64,000 nt of DNA from Actinomycetes bacterium (lineage in GTDB: Bacteria; Actinomycetota; Actinomycetes; Mycobacteriales; SCTD01): contig JBKHYE010000123.1 in assembly GCA_046565705.1 (NCBI GenBank), forward strand, positions 1,075 to 65,074. The letters run 5' to 3'. Under the pieces are notes generated by a model. It was given only the letters and a program-made list of their open reading frames with translations, was not told the DNA's origin and did not search any database. Positions 1 through 8,864 of the stretch are shown here, piece by piece (positions within the stretch are counted from its first letter, which is position 1; each line of letters begins with the position of its first letter). The position numbers and the translations under genes are program-made.

Positions 1-3000
1 CGTGTCGCCGGGCGGCGTCACACTCGCCAGGCGCCCGTCCGTGCGGTACCCGTACTGCACCGACAGTCCGCTACGGGGATCGGTCACCCGGCTCAGTCGC
101 CCGTTCGCGTCGTACTCGTAAGTCGCGATCGCGATGCGTTGCATCGCAGACGGCGTCGCCGCGCTCACCAGCGCCGTGCCGACAGCAGCGCTACCGCGGG
201 CAAGCAGGTACACGGTCTGCAGCCGCTCACCGCTGCCGGTTCCGGAGTAGACGAACTCCAGGGCCCGGCACCCTGCGGTGACCGTCGCGGGCGTTCCCGT
301 GGGTGTCGGGCAGGCGGCGCCGCTGTCTTGCGGGGCGACCAGCCACTGCGGGTTACCACCGCCTTCGGTGTACACGACATTGGTCACCGCTTGCATCGTG
401 GACGATGAACCACTCTGGCCGCGCACGGCCTCGATCTTCGTGACCTTGAAGCGGGCGGGCGTTGTGGCACTGCCATGCCCTGGCACTCCCGGCGCCCCGA
501 CGAATACGACCTTGTCCCCGTCGAGGTTGGTCAGCGTGTAGGACGCCGCTGTGGTGCTCGTGCCGGGCGTGAAGGTCAGGGTCGCGCCTTCGACGGCGGC
601 CTCGCCTTCGGCGACGTAGGTGTTCGGCGTGGTGCTGCTCGCGCGCACGAACGGCATCTGCGTGCCGTCGCCGCGGGTGATCAGCACCGTGCTGTCTCGG
701 TCGAGCAGGTCCTGGTAGTCCGCGCCGGCTTCGTCGGCCGCCAGCGAAAGTCTCCATCCTGGACCGAGCGGCGACGGGGCACCGGCAGGTGCGGCGCCGG
801 TGGCGTTCGACACGAACGTCCGGGAGACGGCCAGACCGCCGTGGGGGGCGGTGACCTCGGCGTCTCGACCGGTGATCGAGTACGCGCCGGTGAGCAGGCT
901 GACGGAGCCGGGGCCCATCTCCGCGCTGCTGTTGGCGCCGCTCAGCCCCGCCGCATCCACGGTGATCAGCTGTCCGCCGGTGCAGCGCTCAACAGTGCCG
1001 CCTGTGACCTGGAAGCAGGCGCGGACCTGCACGAGCCCGTCGTCCAGGTGACTGGTGGCGTTCCACTGGTACAGATTCGACGCCTTGCCGGGGCTGCCGT
1101 CGACCGTCTCGTCGACGACGTCCAACCACGTCTGCGTGGTAGGCACGCCGTCCCGCTCGAGGGCGCCGACCGGGATGTCGGCCCAGTTGCCGGTCGGATC
1201 GGTGGTGTACGGACGGGTCTGGAACTTGACCTTGGCGTAGCTGTCCGCGCCGCTGCGCTGGAGCAGCCGGGCGGTCGCCTTCAACTGACTGCGGCGCTGC
1301 GTCACGCGCTGGAACTGGGTCGGGTGGACCACTGTCCCGACGCCGAGCACCGCCTGACCGGCGCGGCCGTCCCACACGATGTTGCCGCCTTGGAACTCGC
1401 TGCGCCATCCGCCAGCGACCACGAGCTCGTCGCTTGTCGGGTAACCCAGCCAGCCGCCCTCCCAGCCGTTGCCGGCCCAGGTGTCGCGGATCGCGCCGCG
1501 GACGGCCTTGGCGCCGGTCGCCGAACTCCAGTAGATCGAGTTGCTGTCCACACCGGGGCGGGTGAAGTGGTTGTACCGGCCGATCGTGTCCGGCGTCGTC
1601 TTCTGCGGGGTCGTCGGGTAGCCCAGCCCGCGTTCCCAGCCGTAGGAGGCCCACTTGGCCCGGATCGGCCCCTGGACGTCGTGAGCGCCGTAGTCAGAGC
1701 GCCAGTAGATCGAGTTGTGCAGCCCGTCAGGAGACGTCGAGGTCTGTCCGGGCTTGAAGAAGTGGTTGTAGCGGCCCACACCGTCGGGCGTGGTCATCTC
1801 GTCGGTGGCGGGCCATCCCAGTCCGCCCTCCCACCCCAGCTGCGACCAGCGCGTCCGGATCGACCCCTGGATGCCGTGCGCGCCGGCGGTCGCGTTGTAG
1901 TAGATGGAGCGGTTCTGCACGCCGTTGTTGGTGAAGTGGATGAAACTTCCGCCGACGATGAGGTTCTCCTCGCTGACCGGAAGACCCCACGTCTCGCCGC
2001 CGAGCCGCCACCAGGCATCGCGGATCGCGCCGCACAGCTTCTTCGGCCCGTTGATCCCGCCGGTCACCGTGGTGCAGTTCTCCCAGGTCACGGTGAGCTT
2101 CGGCGCGGTGCCCGTGCCGCCCTCACCGGGCTTGAAGCGCTTGTACCCGACCGTCGACGTGCCTCCCGCGTACACGCGGAACCCGTCATTGACAACGCCG
2201 TCTGACCTGGACCACTCCTGCACGATCGGGCGGACATCGACGTCGCGGTAGGCCGCGGGGCAGGACGAGGAGTAGCCCTGTGCGAACACCGCGCTGCCGG
2301 TCGGCGCGGACCACACCGGGGGTGCGTTGTTCCAGGTGACCTGTCCGGGGGTCCAATACCCGGCATTCGCAGCGATGACAACAGGCGGCATGCTCGTCGT
2401 AGAACAGGTCGCGGAGTACTCGTTGTACAGCGACACCTTCGCGGCCAGCACGTTGTTGTCGTAGTCGCTCAGTTCCGCGGGCAAGTGGTAGTACAGCAGT
2501 GTCTCCGCAGGGTGCACCGACCCGCCGACAGCTCGGAATCCCATCTTGAGATTGCCCGAGTCGTAGATCCCCTCCGCGGTCGTCGGGAACGCGGCGTCGA
2601 TGTAGGCATCCCAGTACAACGAGGCGTTCTGACCGGTGTTCACCACATAGTCAGGGTCGATGGTCACCGGAAACACCCGACCGCCGTCGGCCAGCCACGC
2701 GTGATCCACCCCAATCTCCACGGTGACCGCCCGACCCTGCTGACCCACCAGGGTGGTCCGCACGGGCGTCCGAGCCGGTTCGCCGACTGCGTCCAGCGAG
2801 GAATCGAACGCATGACCGCCCCCGAACGTGGAGATCACCACGCCCGCGGCGTCGACGAACTCAACGCCCGCCTCCGCCTGTCGAGCAGACACGCCGGCAG
2901 CGACGGTGAACAGGTTGCGGTAGGACGGGAAACCGACAGCGGCCCGGCTCGGCAACACCACGCTCTCCTTGACCCGGTCGCCGTGCAGCTGAAGGAGCAG

Positions 3001-3657
3001 GTCACGCCCACCGGCAAGCACCGCCCCGTACCGCGCGGAAGCCGCCGCAGCCGCCCGCTCCGGCCGAGTCACCTGCGCCGGTCGGCCGGTCGCCGACCCC
3101 TCAAGCCGCCACGACACCTGCCGGGCGCCCTCCCCGACCTCGACGACCGGGGCGCCGCCGGTCACCGCGACCACCCTCGGCGCGCCCGCCGGCGCCGCCC
3201 GCGGCCGCCATCGACCATCGGACTGCTGGAGCTCCAAGTCCAGCGGCCGCCACGCACCACCGGCGTCGCGGAACCGCACCGGCTGCCCGGCCACCTCGGT
3301 CGAGAACGAGCCGTCCGGCAACGCCGACGTCGACGACCGCTCCGTCAGCGATCCCTCAACCACGACCGGAGCACCCGACTCGCGGGCCTGCGCCGACGCG
3401 CGCTCCAACGGCGATGGCTCCGTCGTCGACGGCGATGCCATCGGGTGCTCCGCGGGCTCCACAGGCGGGGCCTCATCGAGCGGGACCGGCGCCGCGGCGC
3501 GGTCAGCCGCCACGTCCTGCTCCAGCGCCTGGACTCCCGGCGCCGACGTCTGCCCGCTCTGGGCAGCCGCAGGCGCGGCGAAGACGACCACGCCCCCCTG
3601 CACGGACGCCATGAGCGACAACGACAGCAGCCCGACCACGGTGCGGCGACCCAGCAC
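1..3657 (-). CDS. Secreted RHS/YD-repeat protein, N-terminal ~1219 codons (DNRLRE-like region, LGFP repeats, RHS repeats); 3' end lies left of the window
   Basis: The minus frame with codon low coordinates = 1 mod 3 is open from ~3925 to position 1. It is missing from the ORF track only because it has no stop in the window. My translation starts GTG(3657) MLGRRTVVGLLSLSLMASVQGGVVVFAAPAAAQ, which looks like a signal peptide. It continues ...VSLYNEYSATC...GQVTWNNAPP...VRPIVQEWSRSDGVVNDGFRV (DNRLRE-type), then LGFP-type repeats. Canonical YD repeats lie at nt 1-140 (ATYEYDANGRLSRVTDPRSGLSVQYGYRTDGRLASVTPPGD). ATG 3612 is an alternative start. Confidence 0.8.
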   Translation of the reverse strand, partial: MLGRRTVVGLLSLSLMASVQGGVVVFAAPAAAQSGQTSAPGVQALEQDVAADRAAAPVPLDEAPPVEPAEHPMASPSTTEPSPLERASAQARESGAPVVVEGSLTERSSTSALPDGSFSTEVAGQPVRFRDAGGAWRPLDLELQQSDGRWRPRAAPAGAPRVVAVTGGAPVVEVGEGARQVSWRLEGSATGRPAQVTRPERAAAAASARYGAVLAGGRDLLLQLHGDRVKESVVLPSRAAVGFPSYRNLFTVAAGVSARQAEAGVEFVDAAGVVISTFGGGHAFDSSLDAVGEPARTPVRTTLVGQQGRAVTVEIGVDHAWLADGGRVFPVTIDPDYVVNTGQNASLYWDAYIDAAFPTTAEGIYDSGNLKMGFRAVGGSVHPAETLLYYHLPAELSDYDNNVLAAKVSLYNEYSATCSTTSMPPVVIAANAGYWTPGQVTWNNAPPVWSAPTGSAVFAQGYSSSCPAAYRDVDVRPIVQEWSRSDGVVNDGFRVYAGGTSTVGYKRFKPGEGGTGTAPKLTVTWENCTTVTGGINGPKKLCGAIRDAWWRLGGETWGLPVSEENLIVGGSFIHFTNNGVQNRSIYYNATAGAHGIQGSIRTRWSQLGWEGGLGWPATDEMTTPDGVGRYNHFFKPGQTSTSPDGLHNSIYWRSDYGAHDVQGPIRAKWASYGWERGLGYPTTPQKTTPDTIGRYNHFTRPGVDSNSIYWSSATGAKAVRGAIRDTWAGNGWEGGWLGYPTSDELVVAGGWRSEFQGGNIVWDGRAGQAVLGVGTVVHPTQFQRVTQRRSQLKATARLLQRSGADSYAKVKFQTRPYTTDPTGNWADIPVGALERDGVPTTQTWLDVVDETVDGSPGKASNLYQWNATSHLDDGLVQVRACFQVTGGTVERCTGGQLITVDAAGLSGANSSAEMGPGSVSLLTGAYSITGRDAEVTAPHGGLAVSRTFVSNATGAAPAGAPSPLGPGWRLSLAADEAGADYQDLLDRDSTVLITRGDGTQMPFVRASSTTPNTYVAEGEAAVEGATLTFTPGTSTTAASYTLTNLDGDKVVFVGAPGVPGHGSATTPARFKVTKIEAVRGQSGSSSTMQAVTNVVYTEGGGNPQWLVAPQDSGAACPTPTGTPATVTAGCRALEFVYSGTGSGERLQTVYLLARGSAAVGTALVSAATPSAMQRIAIATYEYDANGRLSRVTDPRSGLSVQYGYRTDGRLASVTPPGDT
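1350..2035 (-). repeat. Four LGFP-type repeats (cell-wall association motif) inside the RHS protein
   Basis: Repeats of about 55 aa with the pattern NSIYW.S..GAH.V.G.IR..W...GWE.G.LGYPT. The repeat ends read WGLPVSEE, LGWPATDE, LGYPTTPQ and LGYPTSDE. Confidence 0.7.
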
Positions 3658-4078
3658 AACGACCCCCCCAAGTTGGCCGCCGAACTCAACAGCACAGAGT
3701 GGTCGACTCGCGCCGCAACGTGTTCGCCTCACTCGTACGGGTGAATGGCCACCTGGCCGCCCGCGGCTCGTCCATCGGTGAGAGACCAGACGCCAGAGCA
3801 GACCTGTCCTCGCATGAGGCGCCACAGGCGTCCCGCTGCACAACTTGCGGGCGACGCAGCTGCCCGGAGGCAACGAAGCCCAGACAGCACCCCGCGCGCA
3901 TGACACCGCAGTCAAGAGCCCCGCTTAACGAGCAGATGCGGCGCCGCGTGCAGGCGCGGGATGAGCCGGGCGCACAGTTCAAACCTGCTTCGACGAGCGA
4001 CTGCTAACGGGGAGCGTTAGCAATTGAGATCAATCGATGCGCCTTGCGAGCCGGCAAAGTGCCTCTGACCTGCGGTTT

Positions 4079-4124
4079 TGAGCGCGCTGGGCAGGATTCG
4101 AACCTGCAACCTCTTGATCCGTAG
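4079..4124. repeat. att-type direct repeat: 46-bp copy of the 3' half of tRNA-Arg(ACG)
   Basis: 4079-4124 (tgagcgcgctgggcaggattcgaacctgcaacctcttgatccgtag) equals 7133-7178 with one mismatch (4089 g versus 7143 c). The match continues weakly for 5 more nt. Confidence 0.85.
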
Positions 4125-4365
4125 GCAAGCCCGCGCCGTGCTGGTGCGTCTTGCGACGTCCGTCCACGCCCGGCTCATGGTGCCTCGTCCGCGTGCGGAG
4201 TCCACCTCGTGCTACCTCGTGCCGTGCGACGGTGCCGGCTCCGTTAGCTGTTTCGTTAGCAGGCCGACCTGCTGCCATGTTGCGCCGAACCCGCCGCTCC
4301 GAGGGCGTCACGGACGAGAGGCCACTCGCCGGTCGGAGAGCCGATCACCGGCGGCGGGCGGTTGC

Positions 4366-5139
4366 TTACGAGCGCTCGAGCGGCCCAACGCCCCACCCAC
4401 GCGGCCCGTCGGAGACTGCCGCCAGCAGGAACAGGTTCGTACTCCGGTACGGCCACCGCCACACCGCGCCGTGCTGCGCCAAGTGCAACCACGTCCGACT
4501 CGGCAGCGTGTAGCCGATCTCCAGCGGCGCCCTCAGCTCAGGCAACACGAGCTCAGTCAAGCCTCGAGTGGCGGCCTCCTCCACAGCGCCCTCGTCACGT
4601 GGAGCCAGCCGCAGCTGCCCCACCCACTCGATCAACCCGTCGTCCGGGCGACCACCAGACGAGCTCCAGACAGTCGCGCGGCCCGGCGTGCCGGCCAGCC
4701 CGGCGTTCAGTAGCGCCTGGTTGCGTTCGACCTCGCGGTCCGCGACTGGACCCTCGAAGACGTCGACGACCATCGACAGGACCCGCCCGTTGGCGAGCAG
4801 CGCCTCGAGCCGCCCGCGACACCACAGCTGCTCAACCGGCTCGACATCTTTGAAGGTCTGACCAATGGCGGCATTGCTCAGGTGGTGAGCACAGCCAGGC
4901 TCGGTGCACCACAAGGCGAACCTGCCAAGCTCCACCACGCCGTAGACGTCGGCGGCGCCGAAGTCCTCGATCGCCCGGGCGAAGCCGTGGCGCGCGCCGA
5001 ACTCATGCGCGGAACTCACCACAGCAGCGTGATCCGCAGCGTCGAGCCGAGTCAACCAAACCTGGGGCAGACCCTTCCTCCTGCGGACACCTGAGGCGCA
5101 GCCGCTCGCGCATGAGGGAGCCGGCGCTCGCCGGCACAT
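4366..5139 (-). CDS. Hypothetical protein (islet cargo, no family recognised)
   Basis: This lies within track ORF 4366..5211. The TTG at 5211 overlaps the upstream gene, so ATG 5139 is used here; the start is uncertain. From ...LTRLDAADHAAVVSSAHEFGARHGFARAIEDFGAADVYGVVELGRFALWCTEPGCAHH... onward the sequence has non-repetitive, protein-like composition. Confidence 0.5.
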   Translation of the reverse strand: MCRRAPAPSCASGCASGVRRRKGLPQVWLTRLDAADHAAVVSSAHEFGARHGFARAIEDFGAADVYGVVELGRFALWCTEPGCAHHLSNAAIGQTFKDVEPVEQLWCRGRLEALLANGRVLSMVVDVFEGPVADREVERNQALLNAGLAGTPGRATVWSSSGGRPDDGLIEWVGQLRLAPRDEGAVEEAATRGLTELVLPELRAPLEIGYTLPSRTWLHLAQHGAVWRWPYRSTNLFLLAAVSDGPRGWGVGPLERS

Positions 5140-5188
5140 CGGCACGAGCGGACGTCGACACCGGCCGCAGCGAGAACAGACTGCTCGC

Positions 5189-5527
5189 TTAGGTGGCGAC
5201 GAAGGCTTCAATGGCCTCGCGAGCCAAGTCGCTGACGGTGCGATGCTCGGCGGCGGCGCGGTCGCGCAGAAGCTTGTAGGCCGTCGCTTCCACTCGCACG
5301 CTGACCCGCGGGGAGGGTCCAGCGGCTGATCGGCCAGTCAGGCCGGGGCGCCCGACGGGACGCTTGGTCATTGGGCCGGGCTCGAAGTCGTCGGCCTCGA
5401 AGGCGGCGGCCATGGCTGCAGCGTCGGCGTCAGTGATGACGACGCCGCTGGTCGTCGTCCATGGTCCCGGTTCGGCGGGACGCTTCCGGGTCACCTTTGA
5501 CGCGCGCTTGCGGTTCACTGCTGCCAT
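5189..5527 (-). CDS. Ribbon-helix-helix (CopG/BrnA-like) antitoxin candidate
   Basis: An internal ATG of track ORF 5189..5785 gives MAAVNRKRASK...RVSVRVEATAYKLLRDRAAAEHRTVSDLAREAIEAFVAT. The C-terminus is a typical RHH motif. The start overlaps the upstream stop (ATGGCAGCAGTGA). Confidence 0.65.
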   Translation of the reverse strand: MAAVNRKRASKVTRKRPAEPGPWTTTSGVVITDADAAAMAAAFEADDFEPGPMTKRPVGRPGLTGRSAAGPSPRVSVRVEATAYKLLRDRAAAEHRTVSDLAREAIEAFVAT

Positions 5528-5796
5528 TGCTGAGCCTCCTTGTACTCGCGCCCGAACTTGTTCGTCCGCAGCGGCATGCTGTGAATGACGAGGAGCTCGC
5601 CGCTGGCGAGCTCGACGCCCGTGACCTCTAGAGCCACGCCGCGCTGATCGTCGCCGGTGAACAGCAGGACGTCGACCGGTCTGGCTGGCGGTTGCGCGCG
5701 GATGATGTGAATCAGTCGGGCCTGTTCGATGACGTGGCGGGTCCGGCTGCGTGCGACGCGGTGCTTGGTCGCGCTCGTCGCCCACCTCAGCCGCAC
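5515..5796 (-). CDS. Small toxin candidate, BrnT/DUF497-like
   Basis: A 93-aa ORF: ...ATKHRVARSRTRHVIE...VLLFTGDDQRGVALEVTGVELASGELLVIHSMPLR. The toxin-first order with an RHH partner fits BrnTA. Family assignment is by eye only. Confidence 0.5.
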   Translation of the reverse strand: MRLRWATSATKHRVARSRTRHVIEQARLIHIIRAQPPARPVDVLLFTGDDQRGVALEVTGVELASGELLVIHSMPLRTNKFGREYKEAQQWQQ

Positions 5797-5801
5797 CTCC
5801 G

Positions 5802-5820
5802 CATTCTGTCAGACAGAATG
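5802..5820. promoter_or_regulatory. Perfect 19-bp palindrome CATTCTGTC-A-GACAGAATG between the integrase stop and the TA pair (operator or terminator hairpin candidate)
   Basis: Read directly: 9-bp arms around a single centre base, relatively AT-rich. It sits in the 31-nt gap between 5828 and 5796. Confidence 0.4.
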
Positions 5821-5827
5821 TAGCGGG

Positions 5828-7036
5828 TCAACGCTGCTCCCTCGGGCCGCTGAGCAAGCCCGTCGAGGCGGCATCCTTGGCGAGCAGTGCCTCCAGGTGG
5901 TCGGCGGTGTCCACGTCATGCAGCGGCAGCGCGTGGCAGTACTGCCGCAGCGTGGTGCTCGCTTCAGCGTGGCCGAGGCGTTGCTGGGCTTGCAGCAGGT
6001 GACCGTCAGCGACCAGGACGGTGGCTACGGTGTGCCGGAGCGCGTGCAGGCACACGCCGCGGTGACCGTGACGGCTCACGAACTCCGTGAACCAGTGGGT
6101 GAGGCTGCCGGCCCGTAGCCGTCGGCCGTGGTCCGGGTCGGCGGAGAACAGCCACCCGCCGAGCTCCAGCCCGGTGGGCAGTCGGCTGCGCCAGTCGCTC
6201 ACCGTGTCGTGCCACAACGACGCGGTGCCGGTCCCAACGGTGATGCGGCGGCTGCGTCCGGTCTTGGTGCTGGTCACGATCTCGTCGCTGACACCGCGCT
6301 CGATGTGCAGCAGCCGGCCGTGTAGGTCGTCGCAGTGCAGCGCGTCCAATTCACCGCGGCGGGCGCCGGTGTCTGCCGCCAGGCGCAGCAGCAGCCGGAT
6401 CTGCTCCGCCTTGTGCAGTGAGCGCAGTCCGGCAGAGGTCCCGGCGGACGAACACGCCTCGTCGACGTCACGGTCGGCGCTCGACAGCAGTGACCGGACG
6501 ACTTCGAGCGGCACGTCGCGCCGAGGGTCAGGCTGGCCAGGTCCGCGCATACCGGCCAGCGGCTGGCTGGCCAGCAGCCGCTGTTGATGCGCCCAGCTGA
6601 ACGCCGACCGCAGCGTGCGCACATGCAGACTGATGGTCGTGCTCGGGACGCCGGCGGCAGCCCAGGTGCGCATGGCCGCGCGCAGCACCGGCGGCGTCAA
6701 TGTCGCTGGTGCCCTGCGCGCCAGCGGGTCCCGGCTGAGCCGGCGGCACGTGCTGCGGTAGCCGCGCCAGGTGCCGGGCTTCCAGTCGTGGTCATCGTCC
6801 AGCCACCGCTCGAGCAGGTCCCGAACGGTCCGCACAGGTGTCTGCTGAGCCGCCCGTAGCGCCGCTGCCTGAGCGGCAAGCTCCTCCTGCTGCCGTCGTG
6901 CCTCGGCGAACTGGCCGCGTACGGCGACCGAGCGGTAGATGCTGCGTCCGCTGACGGGGTCGGTGCCGAGGCTGACCCTCACCTCCCAGCAACCCGGCTG
7001 GCGCTGCCGCAACGACCCTGCTCCGCGTGATCCCAT
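5828..7036 (-). CDS. int: Tyrosine recombinase / phage-type integrase
   Basis: 402 aa with the catalytic signature ...TGARRGEL..., ...LHALRHTVATVL..., ...LGHAEASTTLRQYCH (R, H-x-x-R, H, Y). It lies directly adjacent to the tRNA-Arg 3' end. Confidence 0.9.
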   Translation of the reverse strand: MGSRGAGSLRQRQPGCWEVRVSLGTDPVSGRSIYRSVAVRGQFAEARRQQEELAAQAAALRAAQQTPVRTVRDLLERWLDDDHDWKPGTWRGYRSTCRRLSRDPLARRAPATLTPPVLRAAMRTWAAAGVPSTTISLHVRTLRSAFSWAHQQRLLASQPLAGMRGPGQPDPRRDVPLEVVRSLLSSADRDVDEACSSAGTSAGLRSLHKAEQIRLLLRLAADTGARRGELDALHCDDLHGRLLHIERGVSDEIVTSTKTGRSRRITVGTGTASLWHDTVSDWRSRLPTGLELGGWLFSADPDHGRRLRAGSLTHWFTEFVSRHGHRGVCLHALRHTVATVLVADGHLLQAQQRLGHAEASTTLRQYCHALPLHDVDTADHLEALLAKDAASTGLLSGPREQR

Positions 7037-7136
7037 CTCGGCCCCATGCCCGTTGATGGGACCGCTGATGGGATAGCGGCGCTCAGTCAGCGGACCGGAC
7101 CCGAACGAACCGACCGGTGACCTGGCCTTTCATGAG

Positions 7137-7209
7137 CGCGCTCGGCAGGATTCGAACCTGCAACCTCTTGATCCGTAGTCAAGTGCTCTATCCGTTGAGC
7201 TACGAGCGC
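7137..7209 (-). tRNA. tRNA-Arg (anticodon ACG)
   Basis: Manual cloverleaf: acceptor GCGCTCG/CGAGCGC, D stem GCTC/GAGC, anticodon stem CTTGA/TCAAG with loop CTACGGA, T arm GCAGG-TTCGAAT-CCTGC, discriminator G. CCA is not encoded. Confidence 0.9.
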
Positions 7210-7316
7210 CTGTGGCGGACACCGTCCGCGGCACGCGGGCCAGCATAGCGGCCGGCGCCGCCGCCTCCTCCGGGCGCAGCAACCGGCGGCACACACCCCC
7301 CACCTAAGGTGCGCGC

Positions 7317-8846
7317 ATGCCTCCCGACGCACCCGCCGGCGGCCTGGGAGCCCGCGCGGAGGAGGCGCTCGCGCGGCTCGGTGACCACGTCGCGCTGGTC
7401 TTCGACGACGTCGAGCACACCGCCGCCGCGCTGCACGAGCGCGCGGCCCGGCTGGCCGGCGGTCTGGTGCGCAGCGGCGTGGGACCGGGCGCCTGCGTCG
7501 TCGTCTGCATGACCAACTGCCCCGAGGTGCTGGTCGTCTACGCCGCCTGCTGGCGGGCCGGCGCGGTCCCCGTGCCGGTGATGCCGTCGCTGACGCCCGT
7601 CGAGCTGGCCCACGTGCTCGATGACTCCGGCGCTGTGCTCGCCGTCGCGTCGCAGCGCAGCCTGCCGCTCGTGGCGCAGGCAGCGAGCAGCCGCGCTGTC
7701 CGCGTCGCCGTCGTCGGAGAGCGCACTGCGGGCGCCGACCTGTCGCTCGACGAGCTCGAGATCGAGCCGCTCGCCGTCGTCCACCGCAGCGACGACGACC
7801 TCGCCGCCCTCCTCTACACCGGCGGCACGACCGGCCGGGCGAAGGGCGTGATGCTCACGCACGGCGGTCTGGACCGCACGGCACGCGCGCGGGCACAGGT
7901 CTTCGCCGAGTCGGGGGCGCGCGACCTGCTGCTCGCGCTGCCGCTCTCGCACGTCTACGGGCTGCTCAACTCGGTCACGCGGATGCACCTGCCACAGCCG
8001 GGTCGCGTAGTGCTGCAGGACCGGTTCGACGCCGCCGGCTGGATCACGCTGGCCGAGGAGCACGAGCCCGACGCCGCCGCCCTGGTGCCGTCGATGCTCC
8101 AACTGCTGCTGCGCCGGCCGCTCGAGCAGGCCGACCTCGCGAGCCTGCGGTACGTCACCACGGGAGGCGCGCCCCTGCCGGTGCCGGTGCGCGAGCAGTT
8201 CGAGCGGCGCGTCCCGTCGGCGCGGGTGTGCGACGGCTACGGCTGCACGGAGGTCACCTCGACCGCGACCATGAACCCGTACTCGGCGCCGCGGTCGGGC
8301 AGCGTCGGGCTGCCGTTGCCCGGCGTCGAGCTGCAGGTCGTCGACGACAGCGGCGCACCGCTCCTTCCGTGGCAGGACGGCGAGGTCTGCGTCCGGTCGC
8401 CCGGCGTCATGGCCGGCTACTGGAGCGGCGGCGGCCGGGACGACGCCGCGACGGCCGCAGTCGTCCGTGACGGCTGGCTGCACACCGGCGACGTCGGGCA
8501 CCTCGACGACGACGGCTACCTCTACGTCGTCGACCGGCTGAAGGACGTCGTCATCCGCGGCGGCTTCAACGTCTACCCGCGCGACGTCGAGGACGTGCTG
8601 CTCGAGCACCCGGCCGTCGTGGCCGCCGCGGTCGTCGGCCGGCCCGACGAGCTGTACGGCGAGGAGGTGGTCGCCTTCGTGCAGCTGTCGGCGCCGGCCA
8701 CCGACGACGAGCTGCTCGCCTTCGCCGCGGAGCGGTTGGCCGCGCACAAGCGCCCGCGCGAGGTGCGCGTCGTCGACGCCGTGCCGCTCACCAGCGTCGG
8801 CAAGACCGACCGCAAGGCGCTGCGCGCCGCCGCCTCCGCGACGTAG
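7317..8846 (+). CDS. AMP-dependent synthetase/ligase (acyl-CoA synthetase, FadD-like)
   Basis: Motifs LLYTGGTTGRAKGVMLTH, GYGCTE, HTGDVGHLDDDGYLYVVDRLKDVVIRGGFNVYPRDVE and VGKTDRKAL. Confidence 0.9.
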   Translation: MPPDAPAGGLGARAEEALARLGDHVALVFDDVEHTAAALHERAARLAGGLVRSGVGPGACVVVCMTNCPEVLVVYAACWRAGAVPVPVMPSLTPVELAHVLDDSGAVLAVASQRSLPLVAQAASSRAVRVAVVGERTAGADLSLDELEIEPLAVVHRSDDDLAALLYTGGTTGRAKGVMLTHGGLDRTARARAQVFAESGARDLLLALPLSHVYGLLNSVTRMHLPQPGRVVLQDRFDAAGWITLAEEHEPDAAALVPSMLQLLLRRPLEQADLASLRYVTTGGAPLPVPVREQFERRVPSARVCDGYGCTEVTSTATMNPYSAPRSGSVGLPLPGVELQVVDDSGAPLLPWQDGEVCVRSPGVMAGYWSGGGRDDAATAAVVRDGWLHTGDVGHLDDDGYLYVVDRLKDVVIRGGFNVYPRDVEDVLLEHPAVVAAAVVGRPDELYGEEVVAFVQLSAPATDDELLAFAAERLAAHKRPREVRVVDAVPLTSVGKTDRKALRAAASAT

Positions 8847-8864
8847 GTCGGGCAGGCTGCGCGC

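Larger units (their letters stand above)
4079..7178. mobile_element. Small (~3.1 kb) integrated element or remnant at the 3' end of tRNA-Arg(ACG), bounded by 46-bp direct repeats
   Basis: The direct repeats at 4079-4124 and 7133-7178 bracket a tyrosine integrase placed next to the intact tRNA. They also bracket a toxin-antitoxin-like pair and one unknown ORF, all on the minus strand. Confidence 0.75.

Noticed and set aside
475-3744. Plus-strand ORFs 475..2205 (576 aa) and 2485..3744 (419 aa)
   Set aside because: Both are antisense to the RHS gene, whose minus-frame translation shows signal peptide, LGFP and YD repeats. The plus-strand translations are Arg/Gly-rich with no motifs.
4079-4124. 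A second tRNA-Arg gene or tRNA pseudogene
   Set aside because: Only the 3' half (T arm, acceptor 3' strand and part of the anticodon arm) is present. The upstream sequence cannot form D or acceptor stems, so it is best explained as an att duplication.
3686-4311. Small ORFs 3699..4007 (+), 3686..3982 (-), 4017..4205 (-), 4030..4311 (-)
   Set aside because: These are mutually overlapping ORFs in the intergenic or att region with no motifs. Two of them run through the tRNA-derived repeat.
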